Of a stretch of 64,000 nt of DNA, positions 49,840 to 58,509 are shown in pieces. The DNA is taken from positions 19,180-83,179 of the IMG/VR virus record IMGVR_UViG_3300011336_000243; one strand, given 5' to 3'. The stretch's first letter is position 1. Every line of letters begins with the position of its first letter. Position numbers and translations under genes: made by a program. The notes under the pieces were generated by a model. That model did not search any database and was not told the origin of the DNA. It saw only the letters and a list, made by a program, of their open reading frames with translations. Origin of the DNA: a virus. Lineage: Duplodnaviria; Caudoviricetes.

Positions 49840-52206
49840 TTACTTCTTTTTAGTTGTTTGCTTTGTTTTAGCTAGTTTTAGTTTAGCGTCTAGCTCTTGT
49901 TTTCTTTGTTCTCTATCTTTATTCTTTTGCATTCTAGCATCTTCAAACTTCTCTCTTTCTAGTTGATGCTTCTGAACTTCCATAGCATCAGGCTCGTTGT
50001 TCATGTTTGAATCACCATCTTTAAAAGTGTAAGTATTAAAATCTCCGCGAATATACTCAATATCTTCTTTACGATTATATTCTTCGTGCATAAATTCTGT
50101 TTTTAGTAAAAGTTCGTACTCCATGTGTTCTTTACGTAACTCTTCCATTTGTTGTTCTTGTTCTCCTTTAGCCTTGTCAGACTGTTGCGCCATCTGTGCT
50201 TCTTTCTCTTCTATATTGCGTAGTTCCTGCATAATAGCTGCTACGTTCTCTGCTTGTATGATAGTAGCTACAGTAGAAGCCTTGGCTCCATTCTGTATTA
50301 AAGCTTGAATAGATTGTTCTAGTTTATTCTTCTTAGCTATAGCATCTGCAGAAGATTCTACGAATACACCAAAAGAAGATGAACAATAATCTTCAGGGTT
50401 AACTTCAAAGATAACCGCTTCACCATCAGGATTGTTCCATAACTTACGTTTACCTTCTAACTCTGTAAACTTAGATAAGTCTAACATACCGTTTAACTCT
50501 GTTTCTATAAACTGCTCAAAACTATTAAAGATAGAGTCAGTCATGATAGTAGATTGGAATGTAGCTCTCTCATTTACTCCCACTAAGTCTGAAGCATAAG
50601 TCTGTCCTTTACGTTGACGGTTAATACCTAAGATGTCATCCCACTCATTCTTGTAGTGTTGTTGTAGTTCTATTAGTTTAGCAATGTGGTCAAACAATCC
50701 CATGTCTAATACTGAATACTGATTCCAAGACTTGTCTACTCCTATTTGGTTTCTGTCCAACAAAGCGTAACCAACTCCTTCTGCATAGTAAAAGAACTTT
50801 TCTTCATCCCATCCTTCTTTCTTAGGTATAGCGTTTTGGTCTAATAGCATTATCTTTCCTTTAGACTTAGCTATAGTCATTTCTAACTTGTAAGTAAGAA
50901 TGATATACATAATAGCATAAGGAAGTCCCATCTCTAATACAGAAATGTTTACAGAGTGTGTGTCTGAAAAGCGTTTACCGTTGTATGGACCTTTAGAAGC
51001 AGAGAAGTTGTTCATTACATTTCTCTGGAAACGTACTGGTCTGCATCTTACCCAGTGGGCAGTATCTGTAGTACTATCATCTATTGATGAGTTGTTACCA
51101 AGTAACGTAGCTTCATACCATTCAGTTACCCATTCTTCTGTTGCCATTTCTGTAGCTTTGTCTACTACGTAGTCTTCATCTACTTCAAGTTCTTCAGGGG
51201 CGCCATCTTCTCCTATTCTAGTTATTATCTTTATCTTCTTATACCCTTTCCACGTAGCATGTATAACAGGTACTGTGTCGTTCTTTACTCTATCTGTAAG
51301 TAAGTTGTAGTAAGACTGCGGGTTATGTTGTATTTGTAAAGCTCTGATTACATCCTCAGTTAAGTCTTCATAGTAATCCTTTACTACGTCCGCCACAGTT
51401 AGCCATTCTTTGTGCACTACCCATGACCCATCTTCTATGTATGTCTCACGCTCAGACTTAGAGTAGTCTAGATTAAAAGGACTAACTCTTCTGTAAACTA
51501 AGGTATCGTTTTCTACAGACTTATAAGTATATACTTCTCCTGCTATCAACCAATCCTTAAACAACTTCATAAAAGTCTCTTTGATTTTATGTTCTGCTAT
51601 TGCACGAGTTAACCACTTCTGTCCTTTGATAGCTTGTAAGTCTCTGTACTTAGTAGAGTAAGTTTTAGCTACTTCTTCAGGAGTAGGCATGTTCTGTATC
51701 TGTTGTTCTATCTCTTGTATAGCTTCCTCTGAACTTGGTTTACCTTCTGGAGTTAATAAACCAGAGGCAATCATCTCTTGTTGAAGAAAAAGTTGCAGTC
51801 TTTTAGTAATGTTAGCTTTGTATTGATTAGTAAGTCCTTCTTCGTAATGACTGTAAGCATTAGAAGAAAGATTGTTTACTTGATACACAAAAGGACGTCT
51901 AGGATATTCTGAAGCTAACAAGTCTATGTTTGTACGTAAAATAGAAACAGGTCTGATCTTAGCAGGAAATGCTTTGTTCTCTTCTTTCTCAGCAGATAGC
52001 GGATTTACTATATGATTAAACCAAGCAGTAGGAAACTGATTGTTGTATACATTATATAACTTAGTCAGTCTATCTGTACTACTTTGTGAGTTGTAACCAA
52101 GCGCAAATCTAGACGTACTAATAAAGTACGCAGCGCTTTCTTTAAACCATTTGTTGTTATTTTTAGTCTTTTCGGTCCAACTCACTAACTGATTAGGTGC
52201 ATTCAT
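49840..52206 (-). CDS. Portal protein
   Basis: 788 aa between TerL and scaffold. FPAKIRPVSILR, DWLIAGE, EKFFYY and GINRQRKGQ motifs. Confidence 0.88.
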   Translation of the reverse strand: MNAPNQLVSWTEKTKNNNKWFKESAAYFISTSRFALGYNSQSSTDRLTKLYNVYNNQFPTAWFNHIVNPLSAEKEENKAFPAKIRPVSILRTNIDLLASEYPRRPFVYQVNNLSSNAYSHYEEGLTNQYKANITKRLQLFLQQEMIASGLLTPEGKPSSEEAIQEIEQQIQNMPTPEEVAKTYSTKYRDLQAIKGQKWLTRAIAEHKIKETFMKLFKDWLIAGEVYTYKSVENDTLVYRRVSPFNLDYSKSERETYIEDGSWVVHKEWLTVADVVKDYYEDLTEDVIRALQIQHNPQSYYNLLTDRVKNDTVPVIHATWKGYKKIKIITRIGEDGAPEELEVDEDYVVDKATEMATEEWVTEWYEATLLGNNSSIDDSTTDTAHWVRCRPVRFQRNVMNNFSASKGPYNGKRFSDTHSVNISVLEMGLPYAIMYIILTYKLEMTIAKSKGKIMLLDQNAIPKKEGWDEEKFFYYAEGVGYALLDRNQIGVDKSWNQYSVLDMGLFDHIAKLIELQQHYKNEWDDILGINRQRKGQTYASDLVGVNERATFQSTIMTDSIFNSFEQFIETELNGMLDLSKFTELEGKRKLWNNPDGEAVIFEVNPEDYCSSSFGVFVESSADAIAKKNKLEQSIQALIQNGAKASTVATIIQAENVAAIMQELRNIEEKEAQMAQQSDKAKGEQEQQMEELRKEHMEYELLLKTEFMHEEYNRKEDIEYIRGDFNTYTFKDGDSNMNNEPDAMEVQKHQLEREKFEDARMQKNKDREQRKQELDAKLKLAKTKQTTKKK

Positions 52207-52222
52207 AATTCTAAGTTTGTAG

Positions 52223-52230
52223 CAAAGATA
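52223..52230 (-). promoter_or_regulatory. -7 promoter box TATCTTTG for the portal gene
   Basis: 16 nt upstream of ATG 52206. Confidence 0.65.
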
Positions 52231-52236
52231 AGAAGT

Positions 52237-54378
52237 TTACGTAAAGGAAGTGTATTCTTGTGTATTAATAGCTGTACTACCTGTATTACTACTTCCACTA
52301 AAGAGTACTCGTTTAAAGAAATTACTTTGTTCTCTGCTAGTGTTTACTGCTTTAATCACGTTTTCTTTTAGTTCAAACATGGCGATAATAGCTGAAGATA
52401 TACGGTCCGCATTCATAGAGCCACCTTTAATCATCTCACGTAACATTCCTGCTTTATAAAGTCTGTGGGTATTTAAAATGTTGTTACCTTGGTCATCTAC
52501 TCCACGTATCTCAGTATGCCACTGTTCTAAGTAAGTCATCCCTAAAGTCTTTCTGTCTGTAGTCATGTTCATTAGATAACTTCTGTTCTTTTGTTTTCCT
52601 GCTATCTCCTGGTTGTGTAACATCTCTGGTTCAAAGGATAACTTATGTAAGAACCTCTTCTCTTTAGCGTAGTTAATCACACCCGTTCCTCCTCCTGCTA
52701 TCTCTCCTTGAGCTAAGCAGTTATAGTAGTCACAGAAAGCAAATAGAGTTTCGTAACATCTTTCCAGTCTGTTTGGTCTTCCAGTATACCAGGCAACAGG
52801 CATCCCTGTCATAGATTGGTCATACTGATTAGGTTGTTTCCATACTGTAATATCAAAGAGAGAAGTCTTATCTAAAGCATCTTCTTTATAGTAAGGATCG
52901 AATACAACAAAGTACATACCTTCAGGAACTTTACCGTTGTTATGTATATAAGGTTTTTCACAGATAGTTACGCATCCTGCTAAGTCTACAAAGTCTTTCT
53001 TCTCATCATCTCCTTTTCTAAAGGTATGTGGGTAATGGTTAATTGGTTTAGCCTCAGGGTCTATTACAAACTCTACACCGTTTAAAGCGTAAGGACTAGT
53101 AGAGTTACGTACAAACTTTCCATCTCTAAGCATAGACTTAATAGCTTGCGTCGACTCTATATACTTCAATTGCGTAGTACATAAATCTGTGTTGAAACCA
53201 TTGTCTACAAGTCTATTAAACATCTCAGAAGGTTTGTGCGGATACTCTGCTTTTCTTCTGTCTAGAGACTTAGGGTCCTTAGATAACTTCTTTTTGTTTC
53301 TTTCGTAGTTGTCAGACTCTAGTGAGGACACGTAGTCCATGTTACCATCTTTATCTGCATGTACGAAGTTACATCTCCAGCTGGGAATAAAGAACCCACA
53401 CTCTCCTTGTTGTCCATCTTCGTATACGTCAGGGAAAGCTAGCATATCCCACGCTTCAGGATGATAGAATACATCTTCTAATCCTTCTAGAGAAGTTCCT
53501 TCCTCACCACCCGTTCCAAATAGTTTAACTTGTCCTACCCATAAGTCATTATCACGCATAGAACCCATAGTTACCTCTAGTGTCTGCTTAAGATTCTTAA
53601 AAGAACCTGCTTCCTCAAATACTACTTTCCTTCCACGTTTACCACGACCTTTGTTTGGGTCATTAATAGTTACGCCCATTATCTCAGACTTAGAGCCCAT
53701 CTCTTCTCCGCGGTAGTCAATGAAGCTAGCCTTCTGGTGCATAGTAGAATACTTCTTCTGTCTTTGTTGCGCCCAATACGGAATAGTGTTGTTAATCCAA
53801 TCTAAACCTTCTTGTACTTTGTTTAAGATACCATCTTTAGTAAGATACTCTTCTACAGAAGCAAAGTAGTAAGACTTAGAACCTGGAATAAAGTTAAAGT
53901 TGTATACTCCATCTGCAGCTTCCATGTAAGACATACCTGCTCCACGAGTTTTACCACAACACATGTGTTTACCACCTGGAGAAGAGATACCCATGAACTG
54001 TCCACCATTCCAAGCTATGTGAGAGAACATGTGCCATTCATACTGCATCTCATGAAACCTAGGGAAGTCTAATATCTTTTCAGACGTACGTTTGGACACT
54101 TGTCCTGTTACTTTACTCCTTCTGTCCTCATAAGCTTGTAAACCTACATCATCAGGTACTTTCCACATAGGAAAGAAGTTTAAGTAGAAGTAGTATCTAC
54201 CTGGAATCCATAAGTCACCAACCTTATATCCGTACTGACATCTCTCTTCTTGTACTCTCCAAAAGTCTAGGTAGTCTTTAGAACCTCTAGGTGCTCTAGT
54301 ATACCTGCCTCCATTCTTTACGTAACCGATTGCTGCTTCTCTAAAGTATTGTGTGTTTACTAAGTTGTGGAATCCCAT
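52237..54378 (-). CDS. terL: Terminase large subunit
   Basis: KTRGAGMSY (Walker A-type), VVFEEAGSF (Walker B), FGTGG coupling motif, nuclease FDPY and NADRISS. Confidence 0.93.
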   Translation of the reverse strand: MGFHNLVNTQYFREAAIGYVKNGGRYTRAPRGSKDYLDFWRVQEERCQYGYKVGDLWIPGRYYFYLNFFPMWKVPDDVGLQAYEDRRSKVTGQVSKRTSEKILDFPRFHEMQYEWHMFSHIAWNGGQFMGISSPGGKHMCCGKTRGAGMSYMEAADGVYNFNFIPGSKSYYFASVEEYLTKDGILNKVQEGLDWINNTIPYWAQQRQKKYSTMHQKASFIDYRGEEMGSKSEIMGVTINDPNKGRGKRGRKVVFEEAGSFKNLKQTLEVTMGSMRDNDLWVGQVKLFGTGGEEGTSLEGLEDVFYHPEAWDMLAFPDVYEDGQQGECGFFIPSWRCNFVHADKDGNMDYVSSLESDNYERNKKKLSKDPKSLDRRKAEYPHKPSEMFNRLVDNGFNTDLCTTQLKYIESTQAIKSMLRDGKFVRNSTSPYALNGVEFVIDPEAKPINHYPHTFRKGDDEKKDFVDLAGCVTICEKPYIHNNGKVPEGMYFVVFDPYYKEDALDKTSLFDITVWKQPNQYDQSMTGMPVAWYTGRPNRLERCYETLFAFCDYYNCLAQGEIAGGGTGVINYAKEKRFLHKLSFEPEMLHNQEIAGKQKNRSYLMNMTTDRKTLGMTYLEQWHTEIRGVDDQGNNILNTHRLYKAGMLREMIKGGSMNADRISSAIIAMFELKENVIKAVNTSREQSNFFKRVLFSGSSNTGSTAINTQEYTSFT

Positions 54379-54617
54379 TCTTCTATTTTCTTTATTACTT
54401 CTTCAAAAGTGTTGTTAACAATATAATCTAATCCTCCAGAGTTTACACAAGCAAAACATAAGTCAGATGTTACGTCTAAATAAGGCATTACGTTATCTAT
54501 CCTTAGAAAGTAAAAAAGTTTAATGTCTTCTTCTAGTATAGAGTACTCTATTCCTAGTATCCTTTTATCCTCATTCTCTTCTGCTTCCCAAAAGACTTCT
54601 AAGTAAATACCTTTCAT
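54360..54617 (-). CDS. Hypothetical protein
   Basis: 85-aa ORF overlapping both neighbours by a few bases. Confidence 0.65.
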   Translation of the reverse strand: MKGIYLEVFWEAEENEDKRILGIEYSILEEDIKLFYFLRIDNVMPYLDVTSDLCFACVNSGGLDYIVNNTFEEVIKKIEEWDSTT

Positions 54618-55291
54618 CGTTTATCTTTATAAGTAGTTAAATCTCTGATTGCTGTAAACTGTGGTGCTTTATCTATCTCAGTTGCGGACTCTTCCCAAGT
54701 TTTAACTCCAGGGTCTTCTTGTTTAGTATAGCGTAGTTCCTTATCACCAAGTGTGTGGTTACCTCGGACTACGGCTTGTTTAGTCAAGTCTGCTTCGATC
54801 TGTTTCTCTAAGTCTGATAGGTTATCGTATGCTTTCTTAATGAGGGCAACAGTCTCAACGTAAGATTTAGTAGTGGTCAAGAGTTTACCTTGTTTGTCTA
54901 CGGCATCAAAGTCTACAGTCTCAAAGTACTTGTCCATGGCGTCCAGTCCTTTTAAGGCAGCCCTGTGGGAGCGTAGTGGTCTACATGCTTTCTCTTGTAA
55001 CTCTTTATATGCTTTTAGTGCAGTCTGTACTGCTTCTAACTTAGCTTCTTCTATTGTAATGCCAGCAAAGCGGATAGCTTCAGCATTCTTTTCGTCTGCT
55101 TCGTAGTCCCTTATAGGTGAAGCAAAGTCAGTCATGAAGTAAATGTAAGTCAAGTACTTAACTGCATCTTCCTTATGTCTCTTTACTTTTCCTCCTGCAC
55201 GTGATCTGAATAACTCAGCAAGTTCAGGTACTATCTTAATCCAAGGTTCGTTTACTACGACCTCGTTATTCTCCATTGTTAATAGTTTCAT
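54614..55291 (-). CDS. Conserved protein upstream of TerL, possibly the terminase small subunit
   Basis: Helical protein with YLTYIYFMTDFASP. The TerS call rests on position only. Confidence 0.5.
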   Translation of the reverse strand: MKLLTMENNEVVVNEPWIKIVPELAELFRSRAGGKVKRHKEDAVKYLTYIYFMTDFASPIRDYEADEKNAEAIRFAGITIEEAKLEAVQTALKAYKELQEKACRPLRSHRAALKGLDAMDKYFETVDFDAVDKQGKLLTTTKSYVETVALIKKAYDNLSDLEKQIEADLTKQAVVRGNHTLGDKELRYTKQEDPGVKTWEESATEIDKAPQFTAIRDLTTYKDKR

Positions 55292-55550
55292 CTCTTCTTA
55301 GTTTGTGTCTTATTTGTTCTACTCTAGTTACAGTTTTAGGTTTAATCTTAAACTTACCAAAGTTAGGAATCATCACAGACTCATAAGCTCCACGCTTAAT
55401 AATATCAGCAGTAAACTGTCCTACAAACTTAACCATCTCATCTACCATAGAGGGAGATACCTTTAGTTTATCAGCAACTTCAGCATAGAGAGTTTCGTTA
55501 GCAACTTCTAGAGTCTGTACTTTGATATTGTTTCCTAGAATAATACTCAT
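55266..55550 (-). CDS. HU/IHF-family DNA-binding protein
   Basis: LYAEVADKL.VS...V...V......I......V.IPNFGKFKIK signature. Confidence 0.8.
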   Translation of the reverse strand: MSIILGNNIKVQTLEVANETLYAEVADKLKVSPSMVDEMVKFVGQFTADIIKRGAYESVMIPNFGKFKIKPKTVTRVEQIRHKLRRDETINNGE

Positions 55551-55554
55551 AGGA

Positions 55555-55562
55555 CAAAGGTA
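55555..55562 (-). promoter_or_regulatory. -7 promoter box TACCTTTG, 4 nt before ATG, at the head of the packaging operon
   Basis: Consensus match with an A/T tract upstream (55575-55599). Confidence 0.7.
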
Positions 55563-55833
55563 GAGAAAGTTCTAAGAAAAAAAAATATATATAAGAAAAG
55601 GTGTGAGTGTCTGGGGTTGAGTAGCAGATAGGTCTAACATCCCCCATGCAATTTGGGTATGGAAAGTACCGTAGGGTTTGAAAACTCTACTCCAACTTCG
55701 GGCGAAATGCTGTGGTTGTCACTTTCACTACTATCTAGTCTACATCATCAAGTGTGTAGAGAGATTGCAGTTGACTCACATTGAGTTGACACTAGACGAC
55801 TTCAACAGTCCACAACAAACCTTGAGATCTACG

Positions 55834-56322
55834 ATGAGAAACATCAATCTAACAATCAGCAACGTGACTACTACTAATGCAGGCGATATCGCTATCGTTA
55901 CTAACAGTTGCAAAGAGAACGCTAAAGGTTCTTGGGTATTAACTCCTAAGCAAGCTACACGTTTATTGGCTAGCGCAGGTTTAACTCTTGCTACTAAGCA
56001 TGAACTTGCAGGCGGTACATTGACTGTAAAAGGTCAAGACGTTAAGGCAGGTGATACTTGGACTAACGAGCAAAGCGGTGAAACAGGTTTCTACGAGAAA
56101 GACCATTTCCGTAACCAAATCAGTGACATGACTATCGAGTTAACACCTCAAGCAGCTATGCGCGTAAGTGTAAGCAAAGAGATTGCTAACCAAATGGCAG
56201 TTATGTTCGGCTTCGGTACTCAAGCACCTGCACAAAGCCTAAGCTCTATTCCTGCAACAGCTATCGCTGAAGACGTGAGAGTAGGCGAAAGCATCACTAC
56301 AGAAGAGACAGCTAAGGCTTAA
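55834..56322 (+). CDS. Highly expressed hypothetical protein (162 aa)
   Basis: Optimised codons begin at ATG 55834, and a strong terminator follows. The ORF-track extension to 55678 looks non-coding. Confidence 0.75.
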   Translation: MRNINLTISNVTTTNAGDIAIVTNSCKENAKGSWVLTPKQATRLLASAGLTLATKHELAGGTLTVKGQDVKAGDTWTNEQSGETGFYEKDHFRNQISDMTIELTPQAAMRVSVSKEIANQMAVMFGFGTQAPAQSLSSIPATAIAEDVRVGESITTEETAKA

Positions 56323-56351
56323 TCTCTGTACTCGACTACGTCGGGACTAAC

Positions 56352-56390
56352 ACAGTCGGCATTCCTACGGGAGTGTCGGCTGTCTTTTTG
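56352..56390 (+). terminator. Intrinsic terminator with a cUACGg tetraloop
   Basis: ACAGTCGGCATTCC-TACG-GGAGTGTCGGCTGT-CTTTTTG. Confidence 0.85.
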
Positions 56391-56423
56391 TTGGATTGAA
56401 ACTGGTAGCATTTTGCGTAGGAT

Positions 56424-56969
56424 TTAGTTTACTAGATTTTTGCTGAACATTTCTATTTCTCCTTCAGAGAGTAATGGAGTATATTCTTTTACAGTCTTGT
56501 AACTAGTAATATGTCCAGGCAATACTTTCTTCACATCTTGGAGCATTTTAGCTGTTGAGTATATGACAGAGATAGTATCTCCTCTACGTATATACTTAGG
56601 ATTGACTAAGTAGACATTGGTAGTTTCGGTCTTGATGAGAACATTCTTCTCTATAAGGCTCCTAATCGCTCTTCTATTAGCCGAGTTAGTTTTAACAATG
56701 TCAGTGCAACTCCATAAAGCGCATTGGTACTTTAGCTCAGAGCCTATGCGTCCTATCATATACCACTCATGAGGAGTGCATTGGGCCCATAGTTCAGAAG
56801 CATTCATGTAGAAGTCCTCAGTAGTGATTAGCTTCTCTACTTCAGTAGACTCTGTACGAAAGGTCATGCCTTCCATGAATGTACGCTTCATCTTATGAGA
56901 AATAGCGTTAGTTTTGAATAGTATGTCCAGTAATGCGACATAAGTGGGCGAATATCTAGGTAAACTCAT
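56424..56969 (-). CDS. RepL-like winged-helix replication/regulatory protein
   Basis: RRAIRSLIEKNVLIK....VYLVNPKYIRRG matches the RepL-type wHTH C-terminal signature. Confidence 0.65.
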   Translation of the reverse strand: MSLPRYSPTYVALLDILFKTNAISHKMKRTFMEGMTFRTESTEVEKLITTEDFYMNASELWAQCTPHEWYMIGRIGSELKYQCALWSCTDIVKTNSANRRAIRSLIEKNVLIKTETTNVYLVNPKYIRRGDTISVIYSTAKMLQDVKKVLPGHITSYKTVKEYTPLLSEGEIEMFSKNLVN

Positions 56970-56973
56970 AGCG

Positions 56974-57005
56974 CAAAAGTACAGAACTACGTTGAAACTG
57001 CCAAA
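56974..57005 (-). promoter_or_regulatory. Bacteroidota promoter: TTTG (-33), 20 nt, TACTTTTG (-7), 4 nt before ATG 56969
   Basis: Both boxes are present at canonical spacing. Confidence 0.75.
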
Positions 57006-57023
57006 TCTTTTCTAAACTTTCTC

Positions 57024-57067
57024 CGCCCGATGCAGGCTTTTTTCTTCTTTAAACGCCCGAATCGGGC
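57024..57067. repeat. CGCCCGA direct repeats 30 bp apart and the palindrome GCCCGA-A-TCGGGC
   Basis: Copies at 57024-57030 and 57054-57060, inverted arm at 57062-57067, and another inverted copy at 55698-55704. Confidence 0.8.
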
Positions 57068-57375
57068 AGTAGAATTTCCAGCAAACCTGCGTCAATACTG
57101 ACTTCCTAAAAATTCCCTCTTAGAGTAGTCAGATTGGGGCTGTCTCTTGCGCTAACGCGCAGCACTCCACAAACCCTTCCTCACCTCCTCAGACCCTCTC
57201 TTAGACCTAACCTCACTCCTTACTTAATTCTGTACAGTTTCCACCACTACTACACCTCCTCCTCAACCCTATTTTAGCCACTAAACTGCTACCCTGAACC
57301 ACACCTACAGACCTAACTTTTTACCTGACTTGAGCTTATTAGCCCTAAAGTCTCACCTATATAACGTAAAATCAC

Positions 57376-57412
57376 AACTAAAAGACTGGCTTACTTTACA
57401 AGCTGATATACT
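57376..57412 (+). promoter_or_regulatory. Early-gene 12-mer + hairpin element, copy 1
   Basis: AACTAAAAGACT / GGCTT-ACTTTAC-AAGCT / 8 nt / ATG. Confidence 0.75.
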
Positions 57413-57640
57413 ATGATTGATACACTATTACAGTACTTTACAGCTCCTTTGCCTCGCTTTAAACCAGAAGATGAGTATTTCCTAGCTTATTCCTCAGATA
57501 CCTTAGTTATCATAGAAGGTAACAGAATAGTTGAAGAGATTGTTAAGGGTAAAGACAACAATGCTACCTTATGTAGTACTAATAACCTTGATGAGTTCTT
57601 AGATGCTATACTAATCCTAAAGGAAAGATTACAACCTTAA
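57413..57640 (+). CDS. Small early hypothetical protein
   Basis: 75-aa ORF preceded by the early element. Confidence 0.75.
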   Translation: MIDTLLQYFTAPLPRFKPEDEYFLAYSSDTLVIIEGNRIVEEIVKGKDNNATLCSTNNLDEFLDAILILKERLQP

Positions 57641-57827
57641 TTTCAGACAGTCCAGAACATCAACGACTTTAAACTTATACGTGCAGAAATGTACGACATG
57701 TAGCTGCCTTGAACAAGCAGGAACTAGTTCTCATAATACTAGTTTTTGTCTACATGAATGAGTGTTCAGCTTGACCTTAACTTCTTTACTAGATAATATG
57801 CATTAGGTTTAGAAGAAAGGTGCTAAA

Positions 57828-57865
57828 ACCTTAAAGACTGGTCAACTATACTGACTATTATAAAT
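57828..57865 (+). promoter_or_regulatory. Early-gene 12-mer + hairpin element, copy 2
   Basis: ACCTTAAAGACT / GGTCA-ACTATAC-TGACT / 9 nt / ATG. Confidence 0.75.
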
Positions 57866-58192
57866 ATGCGTACAGAACAAAAAGAAAACTTTATCTTCCT
57901 AGCTTTTGTGCTAGTGACAATGCTAGTGTTAGCTTTTATCCTAGCTCCAGACAGAACTAAACTTCCACAACCTACAGTATCTACGCCACAGATTTCAGAC
58001 TCTACACTAAACCCTGAAGATAAGCTTATAGCTAAAGGTACTTGGTTGTGTGGAGACAGTAATGACACCTTAATCTTTACTAACAACAACCACAATGCTA
58101 TGCAGTTACTTAAAGAAAACTGGAAAATAGTACAAGAAGATGGCCAAGTAATATGGTTAAGCAGACCACAACCTTATACAAGATTAGACTAG
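57866..58192 (+). CDS. Early protein with an N-terminal transmembrane helix
   Basis: FIFLAFVLVTMLVLAFILA segment. Confidence 0.75.
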   Translation: MRTEQKENFIFLAFVLVTMLVLAFILAPDRTKLPQPTVSTPQISDSTLNPEDKLIAKGTWLCGDSNDTLIFTNNNHNAMQLLKENWKIVQEDGQVIWLSRPQPYTRLD

Positions 58193-58202
58193 GCTTTTAA
58201 AC

Positions 58203-58472
58203 ATGATGCAGTTATACAGATACAGTGAAGTCTTAGAACTTTATTACAAAGCTAAGACTCACATGCACAGGACTAAGAAAGTTCCTGATTTCCTAAAAGC
58301 TAGTCCATATTGGCAAAGAGAGTTTGCTCCTACACTACGTTACGTAGGTAGTCCTGACTTAACTGTTGCAGGATGTCAAGTAGTAGAGATGGAAGCAGAG
58401 TACAAGTTGTACAGCACATTGTGCAAACGAATCCAAGTACTCAGTAAAGAGTACGATTTATTAACCCTTTAA
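58203..58472 (+). CDS. Small early hypothetical protein
   Basis: 89-aa ORF in the operon. Confidence 0.7.
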   Translation: MMQLYRYSEVLELYYKAKTHMHRTKKVPDFLKASPYWQREFAPTLRYVGSPDLTVAGCQVVEMEAEYKLYSTLCKRIQVLSKEYDLLTL

Positions 58473-58509
58473 CTTAAAAGCGTAGTTCCCTTAAAGAACC
58501 TAAATAACT
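58471..58509 (+). promoter_or_regulatory. Early-gene 12-mer + hairpin element, copy 3
   Basis: AACTTAAAAGCG / TAGTTC-CCTTAAA-GAAC(C)TA / 7 nt / ATG. Confidence 0.65.

Noticed and set aside
5920-54378. Inteins, introns or homing endonucleases in the vRNAP or TerL
   Set aside because: No LAGLIDADG, HNH or GIY-YIG motifs or intein splice-junction signatures were seen, and the genes are uninterrupted.
55678-55833. ORF-track N-terminal extension of the 214-aa ORF
   Set aside because: It starts at TTG, codon optimisation begins only at ATG 55834, and the region folds as a leader.
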